DNA from: an uncultured Muribaculaceae bacterium
GTDB taxonomy: Bacteria; Bacillota_I; Bacilli_A; RF39; UBA660
Direction of reading: 5' to 3'
Length of the DNA: 41,774 nt
Assembly (NCBI GenBank): GCA_964591225.1
Contig: CAZQAO010000002.1
Location: 1-41,774 of the forward strand
Below, one piece after another: positions 7,876 to 17,478 of the stretch. The notes beneath the pieces are model-generated. The model saw only the letters and a list, made by a program, of their open reading frames with translations. It did no database searches and was not told the DNA's origin. How positions within the stretch are numbered: position 1 is the first letter of the stretch; each line of letters begins with the position of its first letter. Made by a program: the position numbers and the translations under genes.

Positions 7876-8763
7876 ATGGAAAAAATAAGCTTATCCAAGA
7901 AAAATTATGAAAACTTAGAATCACTTGATTTACCTAACCAAATTACCCCAACAGAAGGTAAGATTTATCAATATAATTATAAAAATCAAAAACGAGTTTT
8001 CAAAGAATTATATTATTTAAATGATCAAATAATTGCTAATAAATTATATACTTTGGAAATGTTGGATAATTATCGTGAATTTTTTCCAGCTTCTTTTTAT
8101 ATACCGGATTATTTAGTAACATATAAAAATGAAATGATTGGTTTTTCGTTACTTCATTGTCCTGGTGTAAATTTTGAAAATTTTTTAAATAATAAAAAAA
8201 TTAATTTAAATGATAAATTAGATTATTTAAAAAAGATTGGGGATTTATTAGAAGAGATTGCTTATATGCGCGAATTTACTCCAGTTAATGATTTTTATTT
8301 AAATGATATTCATGCTGCTAATTTTATGGTTAATCCTTCTACTAAAGAATTGGGAGTCGTTGATTTAGATAGTTGTAAAATTGGAGAAAATGAGGCTTTT
8401 GCAGCGCAGTTTTTAACACCTTTATCACTAGCCCATTTAGTTCCATATAAATATCATGTTAGTACTAATTCGGCGGCGAGCGGTTATATTAAAGCTAATT
8501 TAAATTCTGATTTATATTGTTATATGATCATGGTTCTTAATTTTTTATATGGCGGTGCTGTCCATCGGTTAACTTTGGTCGAGTACTATGAATATTTAAA
8601 TTATTTAGAAGATTTAGGTTTTCATAAATCATTTATAGAAGCTGCTCATAAGTTAGTTACTCCGAGTGAAAATGTTAATTTTAAAGAATTTATTCTTTCG
8701 TTTACGGAAGAACAAGTAGGTCGAGCTAGACGAAATGTTTATCAACGAGTTCAAAAAAAATAA
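7876..8763 (+). CDS. Atypical protein-kinase-like fold protein (uncharacterised)
   Basis: By-eye motif map: N-lobe Lys in RVFKEL, a helix-C-like Glu in YTLEML, a catalytic-loop-like NDIHAANFMV (D..N), a DFG-like VVDLDS, and a C-lobe helix SDLYCYMIMVLNFLYGG. There is no glycine-rich loop. ATG 7876 follows SD GAGGGGA. Confidence 0.5.
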   Translation: MEKISLSKKNYENLESLDLPNQITPTEGKIYQYNYKNQKRVFKELYYLNDQIIANKLYTLEMLDNYREFFPASFYIPDYLVTYKNEMIGFSLLHCPGVNFENFLNNKKINLNDKLDYLKKIGDLLEEIAYMREFTPVNDFYLNDIHAANFMVNPSTKELGVVDLDSCKIGENEAFAAQFLTPLSLAHLVPYKYHVSTNSAASGYIKANLNSDLYCYMIMVLNFLYGGAVHRLTLVEYYEYLNYLEDLGFHKSFIEAAHKLVTPSENVNFKEFILSFTEEQVGRARRNVYQRVQKK

Positions 8764-8786
8764 TTCTTTTTTCGAATTATTTTTTT
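8760..8786. terminator. Bidirectional terminator between the convergent kinase-like gene and def
   Basis: 7-bp stem ATAATTC / GAATTAT (8760-8766 and 8774-8780), flanked by an A-run upstream and a T-run downstream. Confidence 0.6.
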
Positions 8787-9336
8787 ATATTTCGCGCATA
8801 TTTTCTTGGTTTTTATAGGGATTTTTTGGGTCAATTTTATCAATAAATAAGATACCATTTAAATGATCTATTTCGTGTTGGAAAGCAACTGCTAAATCTT
8901 CTCTTACTCTTATAGTATAAGGTTTACCCTCGATATCTTGAGCTTCGACAGTGATTCTAGCATATCTAGGAACGATGCCTTCAACTTCGCGATTGATACT
9001 TAAACATCCTTCACCTTCACCCACATAAATTAATTCTTCACTATTACTTTTTATTTTTGGATTAATAACGATATAGTTTTCAAATTTTTCATCATCAACT
9101 TCATTGACAATTACAAAAATTCTTTTGGCAATACCTAATTGAATAAAAGCTAGTCCCATACCAGCTCGTAAATTATATTTTTCCCGAAGATTTTCAATTT
9201 GACTAATTTTTAAATAATCTAACATATCTTGAATAGTTTTTTTATCTTCTTTAGATAATGGAAAAGTAACTTCTTCGCTGATAAGTCGTAAACGTTTGTC
9301 TTTCTCATCTAAAATTACTAAATCAGGTAATGACAT
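8785..9336 (-). CDS. def: Peptide deformylase
   Basis: All three PDF motifs are present: GMGLAFIQLG, EGCLS and HEIDHLNG. Confidence 0.95.
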   Translation of the reverse strand: MSLPDLVILDEKDKRLRLISEEVTFPLSKEDKKTIQDMLDYLKISQIENLREKYNLRAGMGLAFIQLGIAKRIFVIVNEVDDEKFENYIVINPKIKSNSEELIYVGEGEGCLSINREVEGIVPRYARITVEAQDIEGKPYTIRVREDLAVAFQHEIDHLNGILFIDKIDPKNPYKNQENMREI

Positions 9337-9376
9337 ATAAATCCCTTTCTTTCGACAAGTAATGTATCACAAAAAT

Positions 9377-9401
9377 AAAAAAAAAGGAAGATGGAACTTC
9401 C
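9377..9401 (-). terminator. Intrinsic terminator of the YjcZ-like gene
   Basis: On the minus strand: GGAAG-TTCCAT-CTTCC followed by T9. Confidence 0.6.
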
Positions 9402-9601
9402 TAGTTGTTATAATTGTTGCCCCAATTCCATCCGGCACCAATAATGATGACTAAAAGAATGAATAGGACAATCCATATAGCAGCACCTAAACCATATCCT
9501 GAAGTGTATCCAGCATATCCGGTATTTCCACAACAAGGAGCGGCATTGTATCCACCACTATAACCAGAGTTATAGTAGCCGTTGTTTCCGTAATAATACA
9601 T
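9401..9601 (-). CDS. Tiny Gly/Tyr-rich single-TM protein, YjcZ-like sporulation protein family
   Basis: The 66-aa product has a G/Y/N-rich N-terminus and the TM segment AIWIVLFILLVIIIGAG. This resembles the YjcZ / tiny_TM_bacill signature (FALIVVLFILLIIVG). A strong SD AAGGAGG lies upstream and a terminator downstream. Confidence 0.6.
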   Translation of the reverse strand: MYYYGNNGYYNSGYSGGYNAAPCCGNTGYAGYTSGYGLGAAIWIVLFILLVIIIGAGWNWGNNYNN

Positions 9602-9755
9602 ATATTATACCTCCTTTATGTATCTACTATAGTTTATTATTTAGCTAAAAAAATGCTACTTAGAAATGTCCTAAAAATAGTTATTTTTACATAATATTCA
9701 TTTTTTTTAAAGAATATTCCTAAATATATGTTATGATTATGATAGGTGAAGGCCA

Positions 9756-10940
9756 ATGAGAAAAGTACCAAAATTAAAAGATGTACTAAAGTCTTGTGAT
9801 TTACCATTACTTTTTATGATGGTTCTCTATTCTATTTTGGGATTAGTCATGATTCTAAGTGCCTCTAGTGTTTCAGCTGTCTTACGTTATAATGTTTCTT
9901 CATACTATTTTTTTATTCGGCAACTAATTTTTGTCGTGGTAGCTTTTTTAGGAGGGCTTATTGTCTTAAAATTCCCGACCAGAATTTATAAGTTATTTAC
10001 TCCGTTTTTGGTGGTGGGAATATTGGCTTCTTTAATAGGTTTATTCTTTTATGGAGTTATTTCTAATAATGCTCAAAGTTGGTATCGAATCGGTTTTTTT
10101 AATTTACAACCTAGTGAATTTGCTAAATCGGTTTTAATTATTTATATGGCCGTTTTTTATGAAAAAAGTTTAAAAAAGAAAAATAAAAGTTTATATTATA
10201 ATTTAATTCCTATTTCGGTAGCAGTAGTAATCTTTTTTTTAGTAGCTATGCAACCTGATTTAGGAGGAGCTTTAATTATCGCCGGAATTACTTTTTTAAT
10301 TTTTTTGATAATACCCATTGGTAAACAGAATCAGTTAAAGTTATTAAAGATAATTGGCGTTGGGATTATTTTAGCTTTTGTTATTTTATTATATAGTGGT
10401 AAAGGCTTTATTAATTCTAGGCAACTATCTCGGTTTCAATTTCAAAATCCTTGCAGTCGGTATTCCGAAGATACTGGGTATCAAGTTTGTAATGGGTTTA
10501 TAGCTATTCATAATGGGGGTTTATTTGGGGTAGGACTTGGTAATTCAACCCAAAAATATTTATATTTACCAGAAGCTCATACTGATTTTATATTTCCCAT
10601 TTTAGTTGAAGAACTTGGTGCTATAGCAGGAATTTTAGTATTACTGGGTTATATCTTTATGCTATATCGAATTTTAAAAATTGGTAAAGAAGCTAAAGGT
10701 AATGTTCGGAATACGATTTTGTGTTATGGAACATTTGCTTTTATTTTACTACATCTAGTGGTCAATTTAATGGGGGTATTAGCCCTTATTCCTCTAACCG
10801 GAGTTCCGTTACCATTCTTAAGCTATGGGGGTAGTTTTACCATTAATTTAATTTTAATGTTATTTGTGGTCTTAAGAGTTAGTTATGAAAATCACTATCG
10901 TAAAACGAAAGAAGAAATAGCAATGTTAGAAAAAGCTTAA
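9756..10940 (+). CDS. SEDS-family peptidoglycan glycosyltransferase (FtsW/RodA/SpoVE)
   Basis: A polytopic membrane protein with family blocks QPSEFAK, MQPDLGGALI, PEAHTDFIF and LPFLSYGGS. The paralogue cannot be assigned from sequence alone. Confidence 0.9.
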   Translation: MRKVPKLKDVLKSCDLPLLFMMVLYSILGLVMILSASSVSAVLRYNVSSYYFFIRQLIFVVVAFLGGLIVLKFPTRIYKLFTPFLVVGILASLIGLFFYGVISNNAQSWYRIGFFNLQPSEFAKSVLIIYMAVFYEKSLKKKNKSLYYNLIPISVAVVIFFLVAMQPDLGGALIIAGITFLIFLIIPIGKQNQLKLLKIIGVGIILAFVILLYSGKGFINSRQLSRFQFQNPCSRYSEDTGYQVCNGFIAIHNGGLFGVGLGNSTQKYLYLPEAHTDFIFPILVEELGAIAGILVLLGYIFMLYRILKIGKEAKGNVRNTILCYGTFAFILLHLVVNLMGVLALIPLTGVPLPFLSYGGSFTINLILMLFVVLRVSYENHYRKTKEEIAMLEKA

Positions 10941-11004
10941 ATCTTCTTTTTTTTAAAGGAAAAAACTAATTTACCTTGTACATATAAAGTAGGAGGTGAA
11001 GAAA

Positions 11005-11682
11005 GTGATTAAAAAGTATCTTACTAATCCCTTAATTTTATATGGAGTAATTGGTCTTCTTGTTCTGACTAACGGAGCCAGTGTCATTTATTTTGGCCAT
11101 CAAAAAGAGTCTTGTGAACCAGTTGAAATTGCTGTTGCTCCTAAACAAGAGGAAGAGCCCAAAGAAGAAGAAAAGCAACTATTTCAAGTTGATATTAAAG
11201 GTTATGTTAAGAATCCCGGTGTATATCAAGTGGAAAATGGTACTATTATTAATGATGTCATTAAATTGGCTGGGGGCTTAAAAAGTGGTGGTACGACTGA
11301 GAATATTAATTTAAGTAAAAAAGTAGTCGATGAAGCTATGATTGTTATTTCTTCTAAAAGTGCTTTAAAAAAATCCTCTTGTGTTTGTGAAAATCCGCAA
11401 TCCACTCCAAGTTCTAATCAAGAAGTTTCCTCATTAGAGCCTTCATTTGGAGAAGTTAAAGAAGATAGTGCTACCGAAGAACCATCACCCAATAAAAAAA
11501 TTTCTATTAATACTGCGACTAAAGAAGAATTAATGACTTTATCGGGAATAGGGGAAAAAACAGCCGAAAAAATTATTAGTTATCGCACCGAAAAACCTTT
11601 TACTACGATTGAAGATTTAAAAAATGTAAGTGGCATTGGAGACGCAGTTTTTGAAAAAATTAAAGACTTTATTACAGTCTAA
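11005..11682 (+). CDS. comEA: Competence protein ComEA (DNA receptor; SLBB domain plus helix-hairpin-helix)
   Basis: N-terminal TM, an SLBB-like VDIKGYVKNPGVYQVENGTIINDVIKLAGG, and a C-terminal HhH INTATKEELMTLSGIGEKTAEKII...LKNVSGIG. The GTG at 11005 is preferred because the track start 10996 lies inside the SD AGGAGG. Confidence 0.88.
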   Translation: MIKKYLTNPLILYGVIGLLVLTNGASVIYFGHQKESCEPVEIAVAPKQEEEPKEEEKQLFQVDIKGYVKNPGVYQVENGTIINDVIKLAGGLKSGGTTENINLSKKVVDEAMIVISSKSALKKSSCVCENPQSTPSSNQEVSSLEPSFGEVKEDSATEEPSPNKKISINTATKEELMTLSGIGEKTAEKIISYRTEKPFTTIEDLKNVSGIGDAVFEKIKDFITV

Positions 11683-13735
11683 CTATTTTTATGGCGGGCT
11701 ATTTTTAGTATTAATAATTTATCTTTTAATAACTCTAAAGGGAATAACTTATCAAACTAAATTTAGTCAAGATACTCATGAAATAGTAGCCAAAATTGTT
11801 TCCTATAAAAGTGATGGTGATAAATTATCATTATATTTAAAAGAACGAGAAGTGTTTGTAGCTACTTATTACTTTAAAACTTTAGCAGAAAAAGAAAATA
11901 TAATCGCTGCACTTAGTGTCGGTAAGACTCTTAAATTAACAGGTAATTTAACAGAAATTAAAGAAAATACCATTCCTAATACTTTTAATTATAAAAAATA
12001 TTTATATCACCATCGTATTTATGCTTCTTTTACGATAGAAAACTTAGAAGTAATGTCTACACCTATTTCTTTTTGGAATCGCGTGCGCGAAAGTTTTCAA
12101 AAGCGGATTTTAAAACTCGGTAATAATGCTTATTTACAAGCCTTTATCTTAGGAGATAAAAGTTTAATGAATAGTGAGATGCAAGACGTAATTCAAGAAA
12201 ATGGTGTCAGTCATTTATTTGCTCTTTCGGGAATGCATTTATCTTTTTTTGTGTTAATTTTAAATAAAATTTTAAAAAAAGTAAAATTTAAAAAAGTAAT
12301 CATTTATTTATTTTTACTTTTCTATCTTATTTTAGCAGATTTTCCGGTTTCTCTTATTAGAGCTATATTATTAATGCTTTTTATAGATCTTAATAATAAA
12401 GGAAATTTAGGTTTATCGAAAGTAAAATGTTTATTATTAATTGCTAGTGGACTATTATTTTATAATCCTTTTTATCTTTATGATCTCGGATTTTTATATT
12501 CTTTTGTAGTTACTTTTTCTTTATTATTTACCAAAATTAATTGTCAGCATAAATTTTTACAAATAGTGGCGGTAAGTACTATTACCTTTTTATTTAGTTT
12601 ACCGATTACGGTTTATTCTAATTATGAAATTAATATATTAGCTATTTTAAATAATATTATTTTAGTTCCGTTCGTAAGTAATATTATTTTTCCTTGTGCC
12701 ATTTTAACTTTTTGTTGTTCTTTATTTTTGCCGGTTTTTAACTTATTAATTAGTATTTTAGAAAGTATAAATCAATTTTTAAGTAACTTTGCTATTTATA
12801 TTATAATCGGTAAAATCAACTACTTAGAAATTGGTTTATATTATCTTATTTTAATGCTTTTAATTAAATCTAGATCAAAAAAAATAGCGATACTTATGAG
12901 TATTTATTTAGTCTTTTTAAGTAATAAAGATTTATTTAATTTTAATACTTCGCTTTATTTTTTAGATGTAGGTCAGGGGGATAGTGCTCTTTTAGTAACT
13001 CCTCAAAATAAAAAAGCCATCTTAATTGATACTGGTGGGATAGTAACATATGAGAAAGAAGATTGGCAGAAAAGAGCCCAAGAATATCATTTATCTGATA
13101 ATATTATTTTATTTTTAAAAAGCATGAGCATTCATTATATCGATACTTTAGTGTTAACGCATGGCGATTATGATCACATGGGAGAAGCTAGTCATTTAGT
13201 AAATAATTTTAAGATAAATAAAGTTATTTTTAATCAAGGCGATTATAATGATTTAGAAATTGATTTAATTAATATCTTGAATCAAAAACAGATTAAATAT
13301 TATCAAAATTTAGAGAGCCTTCAGGTAGATTCTTACGTTCTTCAACTTTTAAATACTAAAGAATACGATAATGAAAATGATAATTCTAATGTCATCTATT
13401 TTAATATAAATAATTATCAGTTTCTTTTGATGGGGGATGCAGGAGTAGCCAAAGAAAAAGATATTTTAGCTAAATATGATTTAAAAGATATTGATTTTTT
13501 AAAAGTCGGTCATCATGGCTCTGATACTAGTAGTAGTAAAGAATTTATAGATAAAATAAATCCTAAATATGCTTTTATTTCAGTAGGTGCTAATAATCGG
13601 TATGGTCATCCCAAAGAAAGCGTCTTAAAAGTATTAGCTAATAGGAAAGTATACCGAACTGATCAAGATGGCACCATAGAATTAATTCTAAATAAAAAAG
13701 GTTATAAAATTAAACTTTTTAAAAATCAAACATAA
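11651..13735 (+). CDS. comEC: Competence protein ComEC/Rec2 (DNA internalisation channel with C-terminal metallo-beta-lactamase domain)
   Basis: Multi-TM Competence domain (GVSHLFALSGMHLSFF) plus an MBL domain (FLDVGQGDSALL, LTHGDYDHMGE, KVGHHGS). There is no in-frame ATG near the 5' end. Candidate starts are GTG 11630, TTG 11636 and TTG 11651. I picked TTG 11651 because SD GGAGA lies 8 nt upstream. The start is uncertain and overlaps the comEA 3' end. Confidence 0.85.
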   Translation: MKKLKTLLQSNYFYGGLFLVLIIYLLITLKGITYQTKFSQDTHEIVAKIVSYKSDGDKLSLYLKEREVFVATYYFKTLAEKENIIAALSVGKTLKLTGNLTEIKENTIPNTFNYKKYLYHHRIYASFTIENLEVMSTPISFWNRVRESFQKRILKLGNNAYLQAFILGDKSLMNSEMQDVIQENGVSHLFALSGMHLSFFVLILNKILKKVKFKKVIIYLFLLFYLILADFPVSLIRAILLMLFIDLNNKGNLGLSKVKCLLLIASGLLFYNPFYLYDLGFLYSFVVTFSLLFTKINCQHKFLQIVAVSTITFLFSLPITVYSNYEINILAILNNIILVPFVSNIIFPCAILTFCCSLFLPVFNLLISILESINQFLSNFAIYIIIGKINYLEIGLYYLILMLLIKSRSKKIAILMSIYLVFLSNKDLFNFNTSLYFLDVGQGDSALLVTPQNKKAILIDTGGIVTYEKEDWQKRAQEYHLSDNIILFLKSMSIHYIDTLVLTHGDYDHMGEASHLVNNFKINKVIFNQGDYNDLEIDLINILNQKQIKYYQNLESLQVDSYVLQLLNTKEYDNENDNSNVIYFNINNYQFLLMGDAGVAKEKDILAKYDLKDIDFLKVGHHGSDTSSSKEFIDKINPKYAFISVGANNRYGHPKESVLKVLANRKVYRTDQDGTIELILNKKGYKIKLFKNQT

Positions 13736-13767
13736 CATATATTACATCAATTGATGTTTAGATAGAT

Positions 13768-13793
13768 GAAAGAGAATTTCTCTTTCTCCTTTT
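13768..13793 (+). terminator. Intrinsic terminator after comEC
   Basis: Stem GAAAGAG / CTCTTTC (13768-13774 and 13780-13786), followed by TCCTTTT. Confidence 0.55.
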
Positions 13794-13796
13794 AAG

Positions 13797-13805
13797 TGTT
13801 ATAAT
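13797..13805 (+). promoter_or_regulatory. Extended -10 promoter (TGtTATAAT) for holA
   Basis: TGTTATAAT lies 17 nt upstream of the ATG at 13822. No good -35 element. Confidence 0.45.
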
Positions 13806-13821
13806 AAGTTTGGTGTTTTTT

Positions 13822-14754
13822 ATGTATTTAATATATGGAGATAGTTTTCAGTTAATTACCGCGGAAATAAAAAAAATAACTAAAAATGCTACGCATTGTA
13901 TTACGATGGATTTAGCAGTGCAATCTTTAGAAGATGTTGTAATGGAAGCCAATTATGTATCTTTATTTCCGGAACAAAAATATATCATTGTTAAAAATGC
14001 CAATTTCTTTGCTACTGCTAAAGAAACGGAAAAAGAATTAGAAATACTTTTGGATTTAATCGAAAATTATTCTGGTAATGCCGTTTTAATCTTTGTTACT
14101 TATGAAAAAATAGATTTACGAAAGAAAGTAACAAAAATGTTTAAAGCTAAATATAAAATAATTGATGTTGCCAATTTATCTTATGACGATATTTATCAAA
14201 AAAGTAGGGAATATATAAAAAAAGAAAAGTATACAATTACTAAAGAAAATTTAGAATATATTATTAATTCTTGTCAAAATAATTATGATTTAATTTATAA
14301 TGAATTAAATAAGCTTTTTTTGTATTATAATGAACCGCAAGAAATTAAAAAAGAAGATATTAAAGAAATTGTGTCAGTATCAATTGAAGAGAATAATTTT
14401 AAATTTATTGAAGCTGTTATTAATAAAAATCGAACTTTATCATTACATATTTTAAATGATTTATATGCCAAAAAAACTGATCCTATTGCTCTTATAATGT
14501 TACTGGCTCGCGAATATCGTAATATTTATACTGTCTATACTTTAACTAGTGCTGGTTATCCTAAATATGAAATTAGTAAAATGTTAGGGCTTCTTGATTG
14601 GCAAATTGATAAATACTTAAAAAAGAGTGCTAATTTTAGTAGCGATGAACTTGTAAATGCTTTAAAATATCTTGCCGATATCGATTTTAAAATAAAGAGT
14701 GGTCAGATGGATAAATATGTAGCTTTAAAGACCTTCTTAATGGCAATCTACTAA
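13822..14754 (+). CDS. holA: DNA polymerase III delta subunit
   Basis: The N-terminal YLIYGD..., the size (about 310 aa) and the conserved position after comEC match Firmicute HolA. The call rests on the general family pattern rather than strict motifs. Confidence 0.75.
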   Translation: MYLIYGDSFQLITAEIKKITKNATHCITMDLAVQSLEDVVMEANYVSLFPEQKYIIVKNANFFATAKETEKELEILLDLIENYSGNAVLIFVTYEKIDLRKKVTKMFKAKYKIIDVANLSYDDIYQKSREYIKKEKYTITKENLEYIINSCQNNYDLIYNELNKLFLYYNEPQEIKKEDIKEIVSVSIEENNFKFIEAVINKNRTLSLHILNDLYAKKTDPIALIMLLAREYRNIYTVYTLTSAGYPKYEISKMLGLLDWQIDKYLKKSANFSSDELVNALKYLADIDFKIKSGQMDKYVALKTFLMAIY

Positions 14755-14801
14755 TTTACAAATAAAAAAACAAGTTGTATACTAAATAATAGGTGAGAGT
14801 C

Positions 14802-15188
14802 ATGTATACGGAGTTCTTTTTTAAAACATATGATGTCAGCGAAAATAATATAAGTGTGGGAAAATTAGAAGTCAATTTAGATTTAATTAGTAAAGAACAA
14901 TTTATTCGGCCCTTTATTCGGGAAAGTGAACCAAAAACATTAAAAGAAATTAATGGTTTGAATTATGCTGAATTAGATCAGTTTATCATTAATTCTTTAA
15001 ATGATTATTATAATCGCCTGATGAGTGCTCCCGAGACTGAGAAATTAAATATGTTAAATACTTATCATCATTTATACGATATGTGGCGAGATTTACACAA
15101 TTATAAAATTAGTAAGAATTTAAAAGAAATTGAAAAGATGTACAATATTTTTTCGTATGAATTATATGTACTTGGTTACATAAAGTAA
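14802..15188 (+). CDS. Hypothetical cytosolic protein (no family recognised)
   Basis: A 128-aa ORF with SD GGTGAG upstream of ATG 14802. Its compositional and codon character matches its neighbours. It sits between holA and recD2 with no terminator on either side. Confidence 0.5.
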   Translation: MYTEFFFKTYDVSENNISVGKLEVNLDLISKEQFIRPFIRESEPKTLKEINGLNYAELDQFIINSLNDYYNRLMSAPETEKLNMLNTYHHLYDMWRDLHNYKISKNLKEIEKMYNIFSYELYVLGYIK

Positions 15189-15248
15189 AAAAAGAGAAAT
15201 TTGTTTTTACTTTTTTTTCATGATAGAATACTTTCGGAAGTGACAGTC

Positions 15249-17444
15249 ATGAATTATATAAAAGGCAAAATTCGTAATACCATCTATAAAAGTGATAATG
15301 GCTTTTTTGTTGGTAATTTTCGGGTTAAAGATACAAATGATGAATTCATGAAAGAGTATGTCAATAAAACTATTACAGTTACTGGTACGATTTTAGATCC
15401 TAATGAAGAAGAAACATTTTATTTGTATGGAGAATACATAAAACATGAACGATTTGGTTTTCAATATAAAATAAATAGCTATGAAAAAGAAAAACCAACT
15501 GATATTGATGCGATTATTGAGTTTTTAGCTAGTCCTTTAATTAAAGGTTGTGGGGAAAAGACCGCGCGGAAGATTGCACAAACTTTAGGAGTAAATACAA
15601 TTGATTTAATTAAAGAAAATAAAAATAATTTATTTTTAGTTCCAGATATGACAGAAAAAAGAGCGGATACTATATATTTATCAATTCTATCTCATTCTTC
15701 AAATGATGATTTAATTATCGAGTTAAAAAATTTAGGTTTTTCAGTCGGAGAAGCTACTAAATTAATTAATAAATACAAAGAAAAAACCGGCGTATATTTA
15801 CATGAAAATTTATATATTTTTAAAAAAATAATTGATTTTAATAAATTAGATCATATTTATACTAAAAATTTTAATCCTGATAGTATCGTTAGAAAAAAAG
15901 AATGTATTTTAGAAGTAATGAAAAGAATTAGTGATACAAATGGCGATATTTATTACTTACAAGAAGAAATCTATACGGGTTTAAAAACTCATTTTAAATT
16001 ATTATTAGATAATGAAGAATTTATAAGTCTTTTAAAACAATTACAAGAAGAGGGAAGTATTGTTATTGATGATGAAAAATACTATTTAAAAGATAATTAT
16101 AATCAAGAACATGAGATTGCTGCGATGTTAAAAGAAATTTGGGATTTACCTCCCAAAGAAATTAAAAACTTTGATGAACGAATTAAGGAGTTAGAAAAGA
16201 ATTTAAAAGTTGAATATAATTTAGAACAAAAACAAGCCATTAGAAATGCCCTAGAAAATCGTATTTCGATTATATCGGGTGGACCAGGAACTGGCAAAAC
16301 TACCATAATTCAAGCCATTACGAAATTATATATTGATATTTATAAATTGTCGCCGATAGAAGTTTTAAGTAGTATTGCCCTTTTAGCTCCGACCGGAAGA
16401 GCTAGTAAAAAGTTAGCTGAATCTACCCATTTGCCATCAAGTACGATTCATCGTTATTTAAAATGGAATAAAGATACTAATGATTTTGCTATTAATGAAT
16501 ATAATAAAAATCCACAAGTCTTAATTATTGTCGATGAAGTAAGTATGATTGATACCTATCTTTTTGCTTCGCTTTTAAAAGGAATTAATAAAAATATTCA
16601 ATTAGTTTTAGTAGGAGATACTTTCCAATTACCTAGTGTTGGTGCTGGGTTAATATTAAATGATTTAGTAGAATCAAAGCTTTTTGCCTATACGACGTTA
16701 GAGCAAATTTATCGCCAAAGTAATAATTCTTATATTGCTTATTTAGCTAAAGAAATTAAAGATCATAATTTAAGTGCTAATTTTACGGATAAAAAAGATG
16801 ATTATAATTTTCTAATCACCAAGAGTAAAGAAATTACTAAAATGATTAAACAGATCTGTCAAAAAAGTATGGAAAAAGGTTTAAAAGTGGATGATATTCA
16901 AGTATTAGCTCCGATGTATAAAGGTGAAAATGGTATCGATCATTTAAATTTATCGCTTCAAGAACTTTTTAATCCGCCCCAACCTGATTTACAAGAATTA
17001 CACTACGGAGATATTATTTACCGGGAGCAAGATAAAGTTTTACAACTAGTAAATAATCCCGATTGTAATGTGTACAATGGCGATATTGGTTACATTGCCA
17101 AAATTGAAACTCGTTTTATGCCTCGAAAAAAAGAAATTATTACGATTGATTTTGATGGTAATATGGTCGAATATACGAAAGATGATTTATATATGATTAA
17201 GCATGCTTATGCGATTACTATTCATAAGAGTCAAGGGAGTGAATTTCCTCATGTAATTATGCCAATTAGTAAGAATTATTATAAAATGTTATATAATAAA
17301 CTTATATATACGGGAGTATCACGAGCAAAGAAGAGTTTGGTTTTAGTGGGAGAGAAAGAGTCTTTCTTACAAGCTATGAATAATGATTATAGCAGTAATC
17401 GTAAAACTACTTTGAAAGCATGTTTATGGTATAAATTTAAATAA
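15249..17444 (+). CDS. recD2: ATP-dependent RecD-like DNA helicase (RecD2, SF1B)
   Basis: Walker A GGPGTGKTT, Walker B IVDEVSMID, LVGDTFQLPSVGAG, HKSQGSEF and YTGVSRAKK. The N-terminal OB/HhH region is typical of RecD2. ATG 15249 is preferred over track start 15201. Confidence 0.92.
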   Translation: MNYIKGKIRNTIYKSDNGFFVGNFRVKDTNDEFMKEYVNKTITVTGTILDPNEEETFYLYGEYIKHERFGFQYKINSYEKEKPTDIDAIIEFLASPLIKGCGEKTARKIAQTLGVNTIDLIKENKNNLFLVPDMTEKRADTIYLSILSHSSNDDLIIELKNLGFSVGEATKLINKYKEKTGVYLHENLYIFKKIIDFNKLDHIYTKNFNPDSIVRKKECILEVMKRISDTNGDIYYLQEEIYTGLKTHFKLLLDNEEFISLLKQLQEEGSIVIDDEKYYLKDNYNQEHEIAAMLKEIWDLPPKEIKNFDERIKELEKNLKVEYNLEQKQAIRNALENRISIISGGPGTGKTTIIQAITKLYIDIYKLSPIEVLSSIALLAPTGRASKKLAESTHLPSSTIHRYLKWNKDTNDFAINEYNKNPQVLIIVDEVSMIDTYLFASLLKGINKNIQLVLVGDTFQLPSVGAGLILNDLVESKLFAYTTLEQIYRQSNNSYIAYLAKEIKDHNLSANFTDKKDDYNFLITKSKEITKMIKQICQKSMEKGLKVDDIQVLAPMYKGENGIDHLNLSLQELFNPPQPDLQELHYGDIIYREQDKVLQLVNNPDCNVYNGDIGYIAKIETRFMPRKKEIITIDFDGNMVEYTKDDLYMIKHAYAITIHKSQGSEFPHVIMPISKNYYKMLYNKLIYTGVSRAKKSLVLVGEKESFLQAMNNDYSSNRKTTLKACLWYKFK

Positions 17445-17478
17445 TTCTTGCCATAATAATAGCAAGGATGTGATAATT

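Noticed and set aside
9684-9711. A dif-like XerD half-site: the reverse complement TTATGTAAAAA resembles TTATGTAAACT of Firmicute dif.
   Set aside because: Only the XerD arm matches, at 9 of 11 positions. The position of the XerC arm is a plain A-run. A partial match like this is expected by chance in AT-rich intergenic DNA.
11630-11682. The comEA/comEC overlap with no ATG start for comEC. It could be a frameshift or a fusion.
   Set aside because: The two genes are in different frames with an intact comEA stop. In-frame GTG and TTG codons are present, one with an SD, so an alternative start explains the overlap without a frameshift.
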